This document shows, piece by piece, positions 54,501 through 64,000 of a stretch of 64,000 nucleotides of DNA; positions within the stretch are counted from its first letter, which is position 1, and every line of letters starts with the position of its first letter. The notes under the pieces are model-generated. The model ran no database searches and was not told the origin of the DNA. It saw nothing but the letters and a program-made list of their open reading frames with translations. The translations under genes were made by a program, and so were the position numbers. Where the stretch lies: the NCBI GenBank assembly GCA_951406725.2, contig OX597815.1:80848001-80912000 (forward strand). The letters run 5' to 3'. Source of the stretch: Octopus vulgaris. Taxonomy: Eukaryota.

Positions 54501-55563
54501 ACCCAATAAGGTGGTACACCTGGCCCTGGACCTTGAAAGTAGGCATCCAACCAGTTTCTCTGACAACGTTAGCCCCGAAAGAAGTCATCTGAAATGCACA
54601 ATTGTATTTCCTGATGAGTTGAAGGAATTTTGATGACCTTGAGGTGGAACCAGTAAGTAATTCCTTCAAAGGGTCTGGCAGCTCCCGAAGAGGGGGCAAG
54701 CTGACCTTACCGTTTAAGCAGCACATCGCAGGTGGTTCCCCAGCCCACTTTTTAGCATTGCAGAATTGGCAATTGAAGAACATTTCCCCAATATTTATGT
54801 CAGCGTGCATCGAGTAATTGAAGTTGGGCTCATACTTGAAAGCACGTAGATGCCAGTAAGGTCTGTTTGGACTCGTCAGACCGCGGCGTCGACTGTTCCG
54901 CTGGAATGTAGAACGTTGCTGGTCTGAGTCGTGGGAATGTGTCGAAAATGTTGAAGCAGCAGTAGCCGCAGCGTTTGTAGCCAGTCGAGTGGCCCTTTGT
55001 TGTGAGTCCTCTGAAGCCCTTTGTGCAGCAACAGCAGAAGCCTTTATGGCGCTGCGCTTCGACCTTGTTTCCGGACCGTCTGAAGCCGTGGAAGCAGCAT
55101 CGTATGAAGCAACCGCAGCGTTTGTAGCCAGTCGAGTGGCCCTTTGTTGTGGGTCCTCTGAAGCCCTTTGTGCAGCAACAGCAGAAGCGTTTATGGCGTT
55201 GCGCTTCGACCTTGTTTCCGGACCGTCTGAAGCCGTGGAAGCAGCATCGTATGAAGCAACCACAGCGTTTGTAGCCAGTCGAGTAGCCCTTTGTTTTGGG
55301 TCCTCTGAAGCCCTTTGTGCAGCAACAGCAGAAGCGTTTATGGCGCTGCGCTTCGACCTTGTTTCCGGACCGTCTGAAGCCGTGGAAGCAGCATCGTATG
55401 AAGCAACCGCAGCGTTTGTAGCCAGTCGAGTGGCCCTTTGTTGTGGGTCCTCTGAAGCCTTTTGTGCAGCAACAGCAGAAGCGTTTATGGCGCTGCGCTT
55501 CGCCTTTTTCGCAGCTGCTGCTGCATTATGGCGGCCGATGTGACTTCTCTTTTTCGGTGGCAT
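51538..55563 (-). CDS. Helitron Rep/helicase (RepHel): HUH-Y2 Rep domain plus PIF1-family SF1 helicase, N-terminal 1341 aa
   Basis: Motifs: Zn-finger-like CQFC...CC; Rep motifs PDLFITFTCNPKW, VEWQKRGLPHAHILLW (HUH) and KYICKYVNKG (Y2); Walker A DAPGGTGKT; Walker B IVWDECTM; GDFRQTLPV. Confidence 0.95.
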   Translation of the reverse strand: MPPKKRSHIGRHNAAAAAKKAKRSAINASAVAAQKASEDPQQRATRLATNAAVASYDAASTASDGPETRSKRSAINASAVAAQRASEDPKQRATRLATNAVVASYDAASTASDGPETRSKRNAINASAVAAQRASEDPQQRATRLATNAAVASYDAASTASDGPETRSKRSAIKASAVAAQRASEDSQQRATRLATNAAATAASTFSTHSHDSDQQRSTFQRNSRRRGLTSPNRPYWHLRAFKYEPNFNYSMHADINIGEMFFNCQFCNAKKWAGEPPAMCCLNGKVSLPPLRELPDPLKELLTGSTSRSSKFLQLIRKYNCAFQMTSFGANVVRETGWMPTFKVQGQVYHLIGSLQPLQNCKPSFIQIYFITNYNRQLDLRFDVIPQHANTNADNFDRDVLLTLQNMLHDHNSYIRSFKYAFETAPSPTFTIVIDADKRPSGEHARRYNAPSCNEVAIVLHGEQHKQRDIVLQSRDSGLQRINETHRSYDALQYPLLFPYGEDGYHFGIPHHKPNEPSAATSKTVSCMAFYSYRFMTRHNDFNPLHRSRQLFHQFAVDMAAKMESERLGFIKLNQKQLRSDSYIHLRDGIRNDTDARNIGKMCILPSTYTGGPRYMHERTQDAMTYVRHYGRPDLFITFTCNPKWVEVTRELLPGQQYCHRHDIIARVFRQKLAKLILLIKKGQVFGPVNCHMYTVEWQKRGLPHAHILLWLVNKIDPTVLDDLIAAEIPDPTVDRHLYDIVKAHMVHGPCGPGFQKFSSCHKDHVCTKRYPKRFVDETQTGRDGYPLYRRRHPDNGGFTITLRGHQVDNRWVVPYCPFLMKTFNAHINVEFCHSVKSIKYICKYVNKGSDAAMFGLQKDNSMDEVSQYMAGRYISSGEAFWRIFGFPLHQRHPAIIQLAVHLENGQRIYFTEQTAAELAANPKQTTLTGFFRLCQLDTFAKTLLYPQVPSYYVWSNNNWVRRKSGQDVEGHPGVKFNSCLGRVYTVPPNQHDCFHLRLLLHEVLGPQSFQDIRTVDGVLCDTFREACFRRRLLEDDSQWGATMAEGVSLKSPKKIRSLFAILLLWCDLANPASLWLTYKDDMSEDFLHHAQSLHPSMEVGYTDLIYNRALLEIEDTVLDMGGSALPVYGLPSTNREGTNTLSSHLLRETCFNVDELAEYIADNEPKLIPEQKFAYNSVVNSVRAKAGDIFFLDAPGGTGKTFVNKLILAEIRRTQGIALAVASSGIAATLLPGGRTAHSTFKLPLDLAKTETPTCNISNSSDQAEVFRRCKLIVWDECTMAHRGALEALDRSLRDIKHSSAPMGGITLLLSGDFRQTLPVIPKGTRADAVSACLKSSTL
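54965..55501 (-). repeat. In-frame 147-bp tandem repeat (about 3.6 copies; 49-aa unit) at the RepHel N-terminus
   Basis: Identical anchors lie 147 bp apart (e.g. GGCCCTTTG at 54991 and 55138). The unit is SAINASAVAAQRASEDPQQRATRLATNAAVASYDAASTASDGPETRSKR. Confidence 0.95.
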
Positions 55564-56736
55564 TTTATGTGAAAAAGAAAGGGTGAAAGTTACTTAAAGA
55601 TAGAAATTGTAATTTGAATGAAATGTGGAAAAATGTAAAGCGTGGAAGGAAAAGAAATAAATATTAGCAGCTGAAAGAAATTTTTTATGCAAGTATAGCG
55701 ACAGAGTGTGTAAAATGTATAGAAATTTGAGTTAAAAGCCAGAAAAGAAAGTTAGATTTGCAATAAAGGAAGTAGTTTACGTACATGTTCGAAATGTGAA
55801 GTGTTTTAGTTGTTTAATCAAATATTTGCGTAAAGTGTATAGAAACGTAAATTGAAAAAAGAAAATGAATTGAAATTTTTTAAAGAAAGGAATTTGTTTA
55901 CATACATGTGTGAAATGGCAAATGTTTGTGGAGTTGTCCGAAATGGAATCCAGGGTAAATGTGTGGAACTGATGTATTATAATAGGGATCTTCTCGCCAA
56001 AATGGATGACCAGTCTGAATGGCTCACCCCTGTCACACACACACACACAAACACACACAGACACACACGCACAGACACACGCACACACACACAGACGCAC
56101 ACACACGTTAGCTTACAATGTCTGTCAACAATTGACACTGTCGTATATATTAGCGTGTCTATGTGTCTAAAGAGGAAGTTGGAGTAATAGGCAGAGTAAA
56201 GGCTTCAAAGTGAAATGTTAAAATATTGAGTTTTCTCGAATTTTGTCTTAATTGGGGGTGAAATTGAAAGAAATTTTGTATGGCATGAACCAATGAAAGA
56301 TCTTTGAAAAATCATAGGTAAAGTGTAATTGAAGAAATAAAGTGTAATTGAAGAAATTGTGTGAGGAGTAAATCATTATGTATTTATTTGTTTCTGTTTG
56401 CTGCTTTCTTTTTAAATATTACATCTAGTTTCACTTTATTCGTTGCCCACTGTGTGTGTGCGTTTGCGTGTGGTGTAAACCAGACTAAGGAAAGCATTTG
56501 ACACACACACCAGAATGTGAGTTTTCTGTAAATTTTGCTTAATTGGAGTTTAAATTTTAAAAACTGGACCTGGCATGACGCGATGCATTGTACTCTCAAA
56601 AATGGTAAGTAAATTGTAATTGAAGAAATCCTATATTGTAGATTTGTATAACTCCCAAAGGGAGCCAGATAAAATCTGCCTTTTATAATAAGAGATACAA
56701 ACATATATATGTATTTATATATATGTGTGTTTGTAT

Positions 56737-56902
56737 AGGAGTGGCTGTGTAGTAAGTAGCTTGCTTACCAACCACATGGTTCCGGGTTCAGTCCCACTGT
56801 GTGGCACCGTGGACAAGTGTCTTCTACTATAGCCTCGGGCCGACCAAAGCCTTGTGAGTGGATTTGATAGACGGAAACTGAAAGAAGCCCCTCATATATA
56901 TG

Positions 56903-56955
<53 letters not shown>

Positions 56956-57161
56956 GTGTGTGTGTGTATGTGTATGTTTTTGTGTCGCCTGACAACCGAT
57001 GCTTTACGTGTGTTTACGTCCCCGTAACTTAGCGGTTCGTCATAAAAGACCGATAGAATAAGTACTGGGCTTACAAAGAATAAGTCCAGGAGTCGATTTG
57101 CTCGACTAAAGGCGGTGTTCCAGCATGGCCTTAGTCAAATTACTGAAACAAGTAAAAGAGT
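56737..57161 (+). mobile_element. SINE family A
   Basis: Runs from AGGAGTGGCTGTGTAGTAAG to CTGAAACAAGTAAAAGAG. Confidence 0.85.
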
Positions 57162-57591
57162 ATACATACACACACACACACACATGTATTTATATATTCA
57201 TATATACAAAACATAAATATACATACATCTATATCCACACACTTCAAAAAATCCCGGATATGTCTCCAACAATAATCACACTTTGAATAGAGTGGGCCAT
57301 GATGCCTCATACATGAATAAACGACTTCACCAGGTGTTGCTATTAAGTTAGTCACGGCCTGGGCCTAAATTGGCCGAAGCCTATCAAAGTTATCAAAGTT
57401 ATATATATATATATATATATATATTTCGATGGGAGAATGAATTATCCTATGTTTACCGTCAACATGGAAAATTCGATAAACCGATACCAGGGTAGCAAAT
57501 TCACGTCAGAAACACGGTTGAAGCGACCTATCCAAAGGTAGAAACTCCGGGTTCATGTGCAGGAATTTTGTTAACATCTTCATTCAACTCC

Positions 57592-57622
<31 letters not shown>

Positions 57623-57631
57623 GATATATAT

Positions 57632-57857
57632 ACTCTTTTACTTGTTTCAGTCATTTGTCTGTGGCCATGCTGACTGAGCACCGCCTTTAGTCAAGCAAAT
57701 CGACCCCAGGACTTATTCTTTGTAAGCCTAGTACTTATTCTATAGATCCCTTTTGCCGAACCGCTAAGTGACGGGGAAGTAAACACACCAGCATCGGTTG
57801 TCAAGCGATGTTGGGGGGAGGGGAGACAAACACAGACACACAAACATACACACACTT

Positions 57858-57923
<66 letters not shown>

Positions 57924-58068
57924 GACGGGCTTCTTTCAGTTTCCGTCTACCAAATCCACTCACAAGGCTTTGGTCGGCCCGAGGCTATAGTAGAAGACAC
58001 TTGCCCAAGGTGCCACGGAACCCGGAACCATGTGGTTCGTAAGCAAGCTACTTACCGCTCAGCCACTA
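57632..58068 (-). mobile_element. SINE family A
   Basis: Full layout with a small head deletion. Confidence 0.8.
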
Positions 58069-58130
58069 CTACGCTATATATATATGTATATATATGTTTG
58101 TGTATATATATATATATATATATATATGCG

Positions 58131-58183
<53 letters not shown>

Positions 58184-58250
58184 GTATATATATATATGTA
58201 TGTATATATATGTATATATAGGTATATATATATGTATATATATGCGTATG

Positions 58251-58315
<65 letters not shown>

Positions 58316-58679
58316 ATATATATATGGTGTATGTGGATATAGATATATGTATATCTATGTGGCATATATGAGTATTTATATAGTTACTATAGGTGTATAC
58401 GTACATTCACGCATATGATAGACAGACAGACCGACAGACAGACAGATAGACAGATAGATATGCATGCATACGTACATACATTCGTACATACATACATACA
58501 TACATTCGTACATACATACATACATACATACATACATACATACATACATACATACATACATACATACATACATACATACATACATACATACATACATACA
58601 TACATGCGTACCTACGTACAAAGGAGCGTGAGGTTGTGCCAAGCAACTTTTGATACTGTAAGATGTAAGCGAACATCAG

Positions 58680-60030
58680 AGAAGCCTTGTGCTTATATGA
58701 CTTCATTAAAGAAGTATTCGATTCTGTTCTCCACTCATGGCTGCAGAAGACACAGTATTAAAGAAAAATACCTGCTGCTTTATTTTCTGTAATTGAAAGG
58801 CCCACAGTGAGGTGGTCAATGATTCTCACATTTGTAACTGAAGGCAGAACAATTGTCTCCGATATTATAAATATTTGAAAGGAAATATTTCCGAGCGACA
58901 GTCTGGATGTGTCTCTATTTATTTTGGCACTAAAAGAACTGTCATTTGCGAGAATCCACTGGTTATGTGCCAGGGTTTACAATAGCAATGTAATCCACAG
59001 TTTCTTTTTGACAGTCTCATAATCAATATACACAATATTTACAATGCTGATATAGGAATGGAATCTGGCCAAAAGAAATGTTCATATTTGATAGCTAGCC
59101 GCAGAAAATCTCCAAACCTTTGCATTAATAGTTCCTCAATATCCTTTTTTTCTATGCAACGAGTAACACAAACACCTAGATATTGATGAAAATACATCAT
59201 ACACAGGTGTTGTGAACAAAGATAAAGTGTCTAAAGAATATCATACCAAACTAAAAAATAGGGATCAGTTGGAGCATTCGTCTCGCAAGGCATGCCACGA
59301 AATATTTGGGGTACCAAATTCTGTTAGCAATAACTGGGGTACTTGACTGATTTATACAGGAGTCCGCTCCATAGGTATTTAAATCCAAAAGATCTTGATA
59401 TCAACTGTAAATTCTTTCAGAGACAGTGATATTGACAGAATCTCTCTCAGAAGAAGAGGGAGGAATGAGCTTAAGATTAGTGGCAGTCTATCTTTCGTAT
59501 CACTCAAGCAGCATTTGCTAAACAATAGCTGTAAAAATAAATACACCTTGGTCCTCAAACGTCAAGAGAATATCATCCTGTGAGTCGGTGATGAACTTTT
59601 AAAGAAGTACTCACTTCCTGAGTCTCGCTGCCATGTAAACCTAGAATTTCAGGACAAGTATACTTCAATAATAACCTAAAAGACAAAGGTTCAACTCACC
59701 ACAAAGAGATTATGCATAGGTATGCTTCCAGTAAGCCTGGAAATTATATTTTTAACATGAAGAGCTGCTTCTCTTGAATTCGTGATCTTTATAACACGTC
59801 ATCTCCAAGGCTATGCACATGCAATTCAAGTGCAGTGAAAGCTACAAAATGTCTTCTAAACAAAAAACAAAAAAAAAAGAAAAACAGTGAAACCGCTAAG
59901 ATACAACTGCAACTGTCGATAATGGAACATTTCTGCAGAAGACATTACTCAGCAGCTGTCCAAAAATAATATATCATCGAAATATTATTTCCTGTTACTA
60001 AAAGGATATGCAATACGTTCTGTAGGTAAG
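58680..60030 (+). mobile_element. Highly decayed R4-like LINE RT remnant downstream of (CATA)n
   Basis: Remnants seen by eye: IFPSDSLDVSLFILAL (QGD motif), ADIGMESGQKKCSYL, HLDIDEN, DSDIDRISL. Confidence 0.5.
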
Positions 60031-60239
60031 ACTTGAGAGAAATATGTTCAAATCCTATTACTGTCAACTTTACCTTTCATCCTTCCGGGGTCGGTGAAAT
60101 AAGAACCAGTTGAGTACGGGGGGATGGAGTCAATGTCATCGACTTACCGTCTCCTCTGAAATTGCTGGCCTTGAGCCAAAATTAGAAATCATCATCATTT
60201 TGATCATCATCATCATCATTGTTATTATTGTTATTATTA

Positions 60240-61503
60240 TTTTTTTTTCTTCTTTCAAATTTGCTTCCATTTCTTGCCGAGTGTCTTCCCGACTCCTAGG
60301 GCAAAGAAACTCATAGTATACATTGGTAGGCCATTAAACTAAACTCAATAGTTCGTTCATTTTTTTTAAGTTAAATTGAAATACATGGGTAGTAATAGTT
60401 CTCACATCGACAATGCTCTTCTCAATACGTGTGATGTACCAGTTAAGACAATCTTTTGCACTTCTTGCAGGGATCTTAAGCCAGGGATCATTCTCATATA
60501 ATTTTCGGTTCCCTTCTTGATCATTCCTAGTGCTCCTACGATCATTGGTATTGTAACCGCCTTGAGATGCCACATTTTCTCAATTTCAATGAGTAGGTCT
60601 TTATATTTTCTGAGCTTGTCAAACTCTTTCGCCGAGATATTATGATCACAGGGGATGCTCATGTCGATCAATAAGCAAACTTTATTATTTTGGTCTTTCA
60701 CAACAATATCTGGTTTATTGGCCTTGATGGTTCGATCTGTATGTACTGGAAAGTCCCACAGAATCGTTACATTTTCTCCTTCAGTTACAGCTTCAGGGTG
60801 GTGATTATACCACTTGTCGGCACTTTTGATATTGTAATGCCGACTTATTAGCCAGTGTAGATATAGGCCAACTCTGTCATGTCTTAATTTATACTCCACT
60901 GGTGCTAAGACTTTACATCCAGAGATTAGGTGGTCGACTGTTCAATCGTGTTGCAGAATCGGCATTTTGGGTCTGCTCCATTTTTCATCACATTGGCCTG
61001 GTAGTTCCGGGTTAATAGGCTTTGATCTTGAGCAGCCAGGATGAAACCTTCGCTCTCTGCTTTTAGCCCTGAGCTCCGTAGCCACTGATGGGTTTGCTTC
61101 TGGTCAACATCAGCTTGTTTGCTGCGGGTCACATATTTGCCGTGCAGAGGTTTCTCCTCCCACCTATCAGCCAATTGATCGTGCGTTTTTTCGTTGCCAT
61201 TATTTTCACCTTCTTTGCAACAATAGTTGCCGTACTTCCCTCGGGTTGTTCAGTTTGGGTATCCTGCACGAGATCAATAGCAAATCTTTTGCTTTCCTTT
61301 ATGATAGAATGAAGCTTCTTTCGTCTCTCGTGATTTTCCACGAGCTTTAGCATCCAGTCATTCGTTATTTCAAGATATTTGGCCAGTCCAATTGTGGTTG
61401 TTTTTTAAGCTAGTTCAAATTGGATCAGGCCTCGACCGCCTTGGGCACTGGGAAGGTAAAGGCGATCTACGTCTGCCTTTGGGTGGTGCATGCTATTACA
61501 TCC
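60240..61503 (-). mobile_element. 5'-truncated R4/Dong-like non-LTR retrotransposon (RT C-terminus, CCHC finger, restriction-like endonuclease), frameshifted
   Basis: Motifs: HPKADVDRLYLP...GGRGL; AAQDQSL; CRFC...HLISGC; ILWDFPVHTD...KPDIVV...IDMSIP...KLRKYKDL...VGALG. It is flanked by (TAA)n-type repeats on both sides. Confidence 0.85.
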
Positions 61504-61609
<106 letters not shown>

Positions 61610-61617
61610 GTTATTAT

Positions 61618-62372
61618 ATATTCTGAGTTCAAATTCCGGCGAAGTCGACTTTGCCTTTCATCCTTTCGGGGTAGATAAATTAAGTACCAGTGAAACCCGG
61701 GGGTCGATATAATCGGCTTATCCCCGCCCCCAAAATTGCTGCCTTTGTGGCAACATTTGTAACCATTTAAGGCAGCGGGATTGCAGAAACGTTAGCACGC
61801 CGGGCGAAATGCTTAACGGTATTTCGTCTGAGTTCAAATTCCACTCAGGTTGACTTTGCCTTTCATCCTTTTGGGGTCGATAAATTAAGTACCAGTTACG
61901 CACTGGGGGCTACTTAATCCGTTTGTCTGTCCTTGTTTGTCCTCTCTGTGTTTAGCCCCTTGTGGGTAGTAAAGAAATAGGTATTTCGTCTGTCGTTACG
62001 TTCTGAGTTCATATTTTGCTGAAGTTGACTTTGCCTTTCATCCTTTCGGGGTCGATAAATTAAGTACCAGTTACGCACTGGAGTCGATGTAATCAACTTA
62101 ATCCGTTTGTCTGTCCTTGTTTGTCCCCTCTATGTTTATCCCTTTGTGGGCAATAAATAAATAAGAAACGTTAGCGCATTGGACAAAATGCTTAGCAGTG
62201 TTTCGCCCGTTGCTTCTTTCAGAGTTCAAATTCCGCCGAGGTCAATTTTGCCTTTCATCCTTTCGGGATCGATGGAATAAATAACAGTTGAGTACTGGGG
62301 GTCGATCTAATCGCCTATCCGACTATCCCCGTCCCCCAAATTTTAGGCCTTGTGCCTATAGTAGAAAGGTTT
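61618..62372 (+). mobile_element. Nested/tandem cluster of SINE family B
   Basis: The core occurs 4 times, with two tail types. Confidence 0.85.
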
Positions 62373-62409
62373 ATTACCATCATCATCATCATCATCATTA
62401 TTATTATTA

Positions 62410-62468
<59 letters not shown>

Positions 62469-62879
62469 GAAAACACTAATTAGGTTTAATTTCTTCTTAA
62501 TTATATTATCACATGAGAATTTAACGTTATTCAGAATTAGAATTTTGCATTATCTATAATTGTGTTTACATATTTAGAAAATTAAAAAACAGAAACAAAC
62601 ATATATTTACAAAGCAATTACAGCCCATAATTAATTATTGTCTACTTCAAAAAGAGAAAGAGAAAGAAGCAAATCTGTATAAGAAACAAACGAAAAATTG
62701 AAGCAATAACTTGATTTAAAGCGACTAATTAGTTCTATTGTATTTCATCGATGTTTTGCTTAAAGATTTTCTCATATCGTGTGTAAGAGTAAATAGTTTT
62801 TTAACGTTTCTGATTATTAGCAACAATGTTTATACATACTTACATACACACATATATATGTATACATACATACACACAC

Positions 62880-62948
<69 letters not shown>

Positions 62949-62971
62949 TATATATACATATATATATATAC

Positions 62972-63031
<60 letters not shown>

Positions 63032-63744
63032 ATAATATCTGCTAGACTGTCTAAAGTGGCTAAACATTGCAATTGTTGAGAAGTGGAGTGAATTAGTGCG
63101 TATGAATGAATGAATATTTATGTAAACGTTATGATTATGAAATAACAGTGCTGACGGAATTTTAAAAATAAATGAAGAACTATCGAAATTGGAGGAGTTA
63201 TTTGACAGAATGGTGTAGAGTTGCGACCACTTTATCTTCGCAGATTTTATTTCTTTATATTAGTATTACGTCAAAATTTTATAAAGGTTGGTAGTCATAT
63301 TCATACCGATATAGGTACCGGGTTGGTCGACTAGGTGATATACTACACCTGCAACGTATATCGTTTAGCATGGTTTTGTCTGGTTATAATTCGCCCAGGT
63401 TTGTTCTATTTTTTTGTTTCCTGTAGACATGGCCAGTAATTCCATTTTTTTTCTTTTTATTCCTTTATTTATCAGTACAGACTAATGAATCAGTTAAGTG
63501 CTAGATAAAATGCCTTGTCGACTTTATGCGTTTAAGTTGAAATTTATACGATAGACTATAGCGCGCGACGGGTATGATTTACGCAAAGTCAGTCTCCAGG
63601 GATTGGGAACTCAGAATGAGAGAACTAACTCAAGATCCGGTAATACATATTTTTACAAAACTTTCATACAATGATGATGATGATGAAGATGATGATGATG
63701 ATGACGATGATGATGATGATGATGATGATGATGATAATGACAAT

Positions 63745-63990
63745 TTGAAATTATAAGTATTTGAAGTAAGAAAACTGTTATGGTTGTCTGTAATGATTGG
63801 TGCATTGGGAACTGTAAGCAAAGATACAGATAAATGATTGACAGAGATTGAAATAGGATGTCCTATAGAGTTTCTACGGAAAGTTTGCTTCTTAAAGACA
63901 GGAAAGATTATCAAGTTAGTTCTAAGCACTCGAAAGACTTTTGAAAGCATGTGGATACCTAAGGTTACAGGTAGAAACCTGCTACCCACA
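63745..63990 (+). mobile_element. Decayed RLE-type LINE C-terminal fragment
   Basis: SVMIGALGTVSKD...FLRKVCFLKTGKIIKLVL resembles the R4-type C-terminus. Confidence 0.5.
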
Positions 63991-64000
63991 TAAGAACGAA

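Larger units (their letters stand above)
49855..56695 (-). mobile_element. Full-length Helitron (rolling-circle DNA transposon), about 6.84 kb
   Basis: The minus strand starts TCTCTTATTATAAAAG at 56695 and ends ...GCCCCGAGCAACGCCGGGCAATTCAGCTAG at 49855 (GC-rich subterminal hairpin plus CTAG). It is inserted between A and T in (TA)-rich sequence with no TSD and encloses a RepHel ORF. Confidence 0.95.

Noticed and set aside
54989-55543. 184-aa plus-strand repetitive ORF
   Set aside because: Antisense shadow of the 147-bp repeat in the Helitron RepHel frame.

Overview
AT-rich, extremely microsatellite-rich eukaryotic DNA, almost certainly intronic or intergenic. The SINE families and the (TA)n/(CATA)n/(TAA)n density suggest a cephalopod such as Octopus; this is an inference. 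No host protein-coding gene can be firmly identified, and nearly all ORFs in the track are microsatellite artefacts. The dominant feature is a full-length, nearly intact 6.8-kb Helitron on the minus strand (49855-56695). It has a TC start, a hairpin plus CTAG end and an A^T insertion site, and its RepHel frame carries one nonsense codon and one frameshift. The rest is transposon debris: Tc1/mariner and hAT elements, several tRNA-derived SINE families, CR1-, L1/Tx1- and Jockey-like LINE fragments, R4/Dong-like LINE fragments sitting in (TAA)n or (CATA)n, and Penelope-like (PLE) fragments. The most notable signal outside the ORF track is a dense set of more than 10 type-I hammerhead-ribozyme-like motifs, many in fold-back non-autonomous elements. 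They include a tRNA-headed SINE with a hammerhead tail, inserted as an inverted+direct pair within a 10-bp TSD (37341-38334), and a class with a very long stem II and covarying palindromic stem III. All structure calls were made by eye; none was computed.
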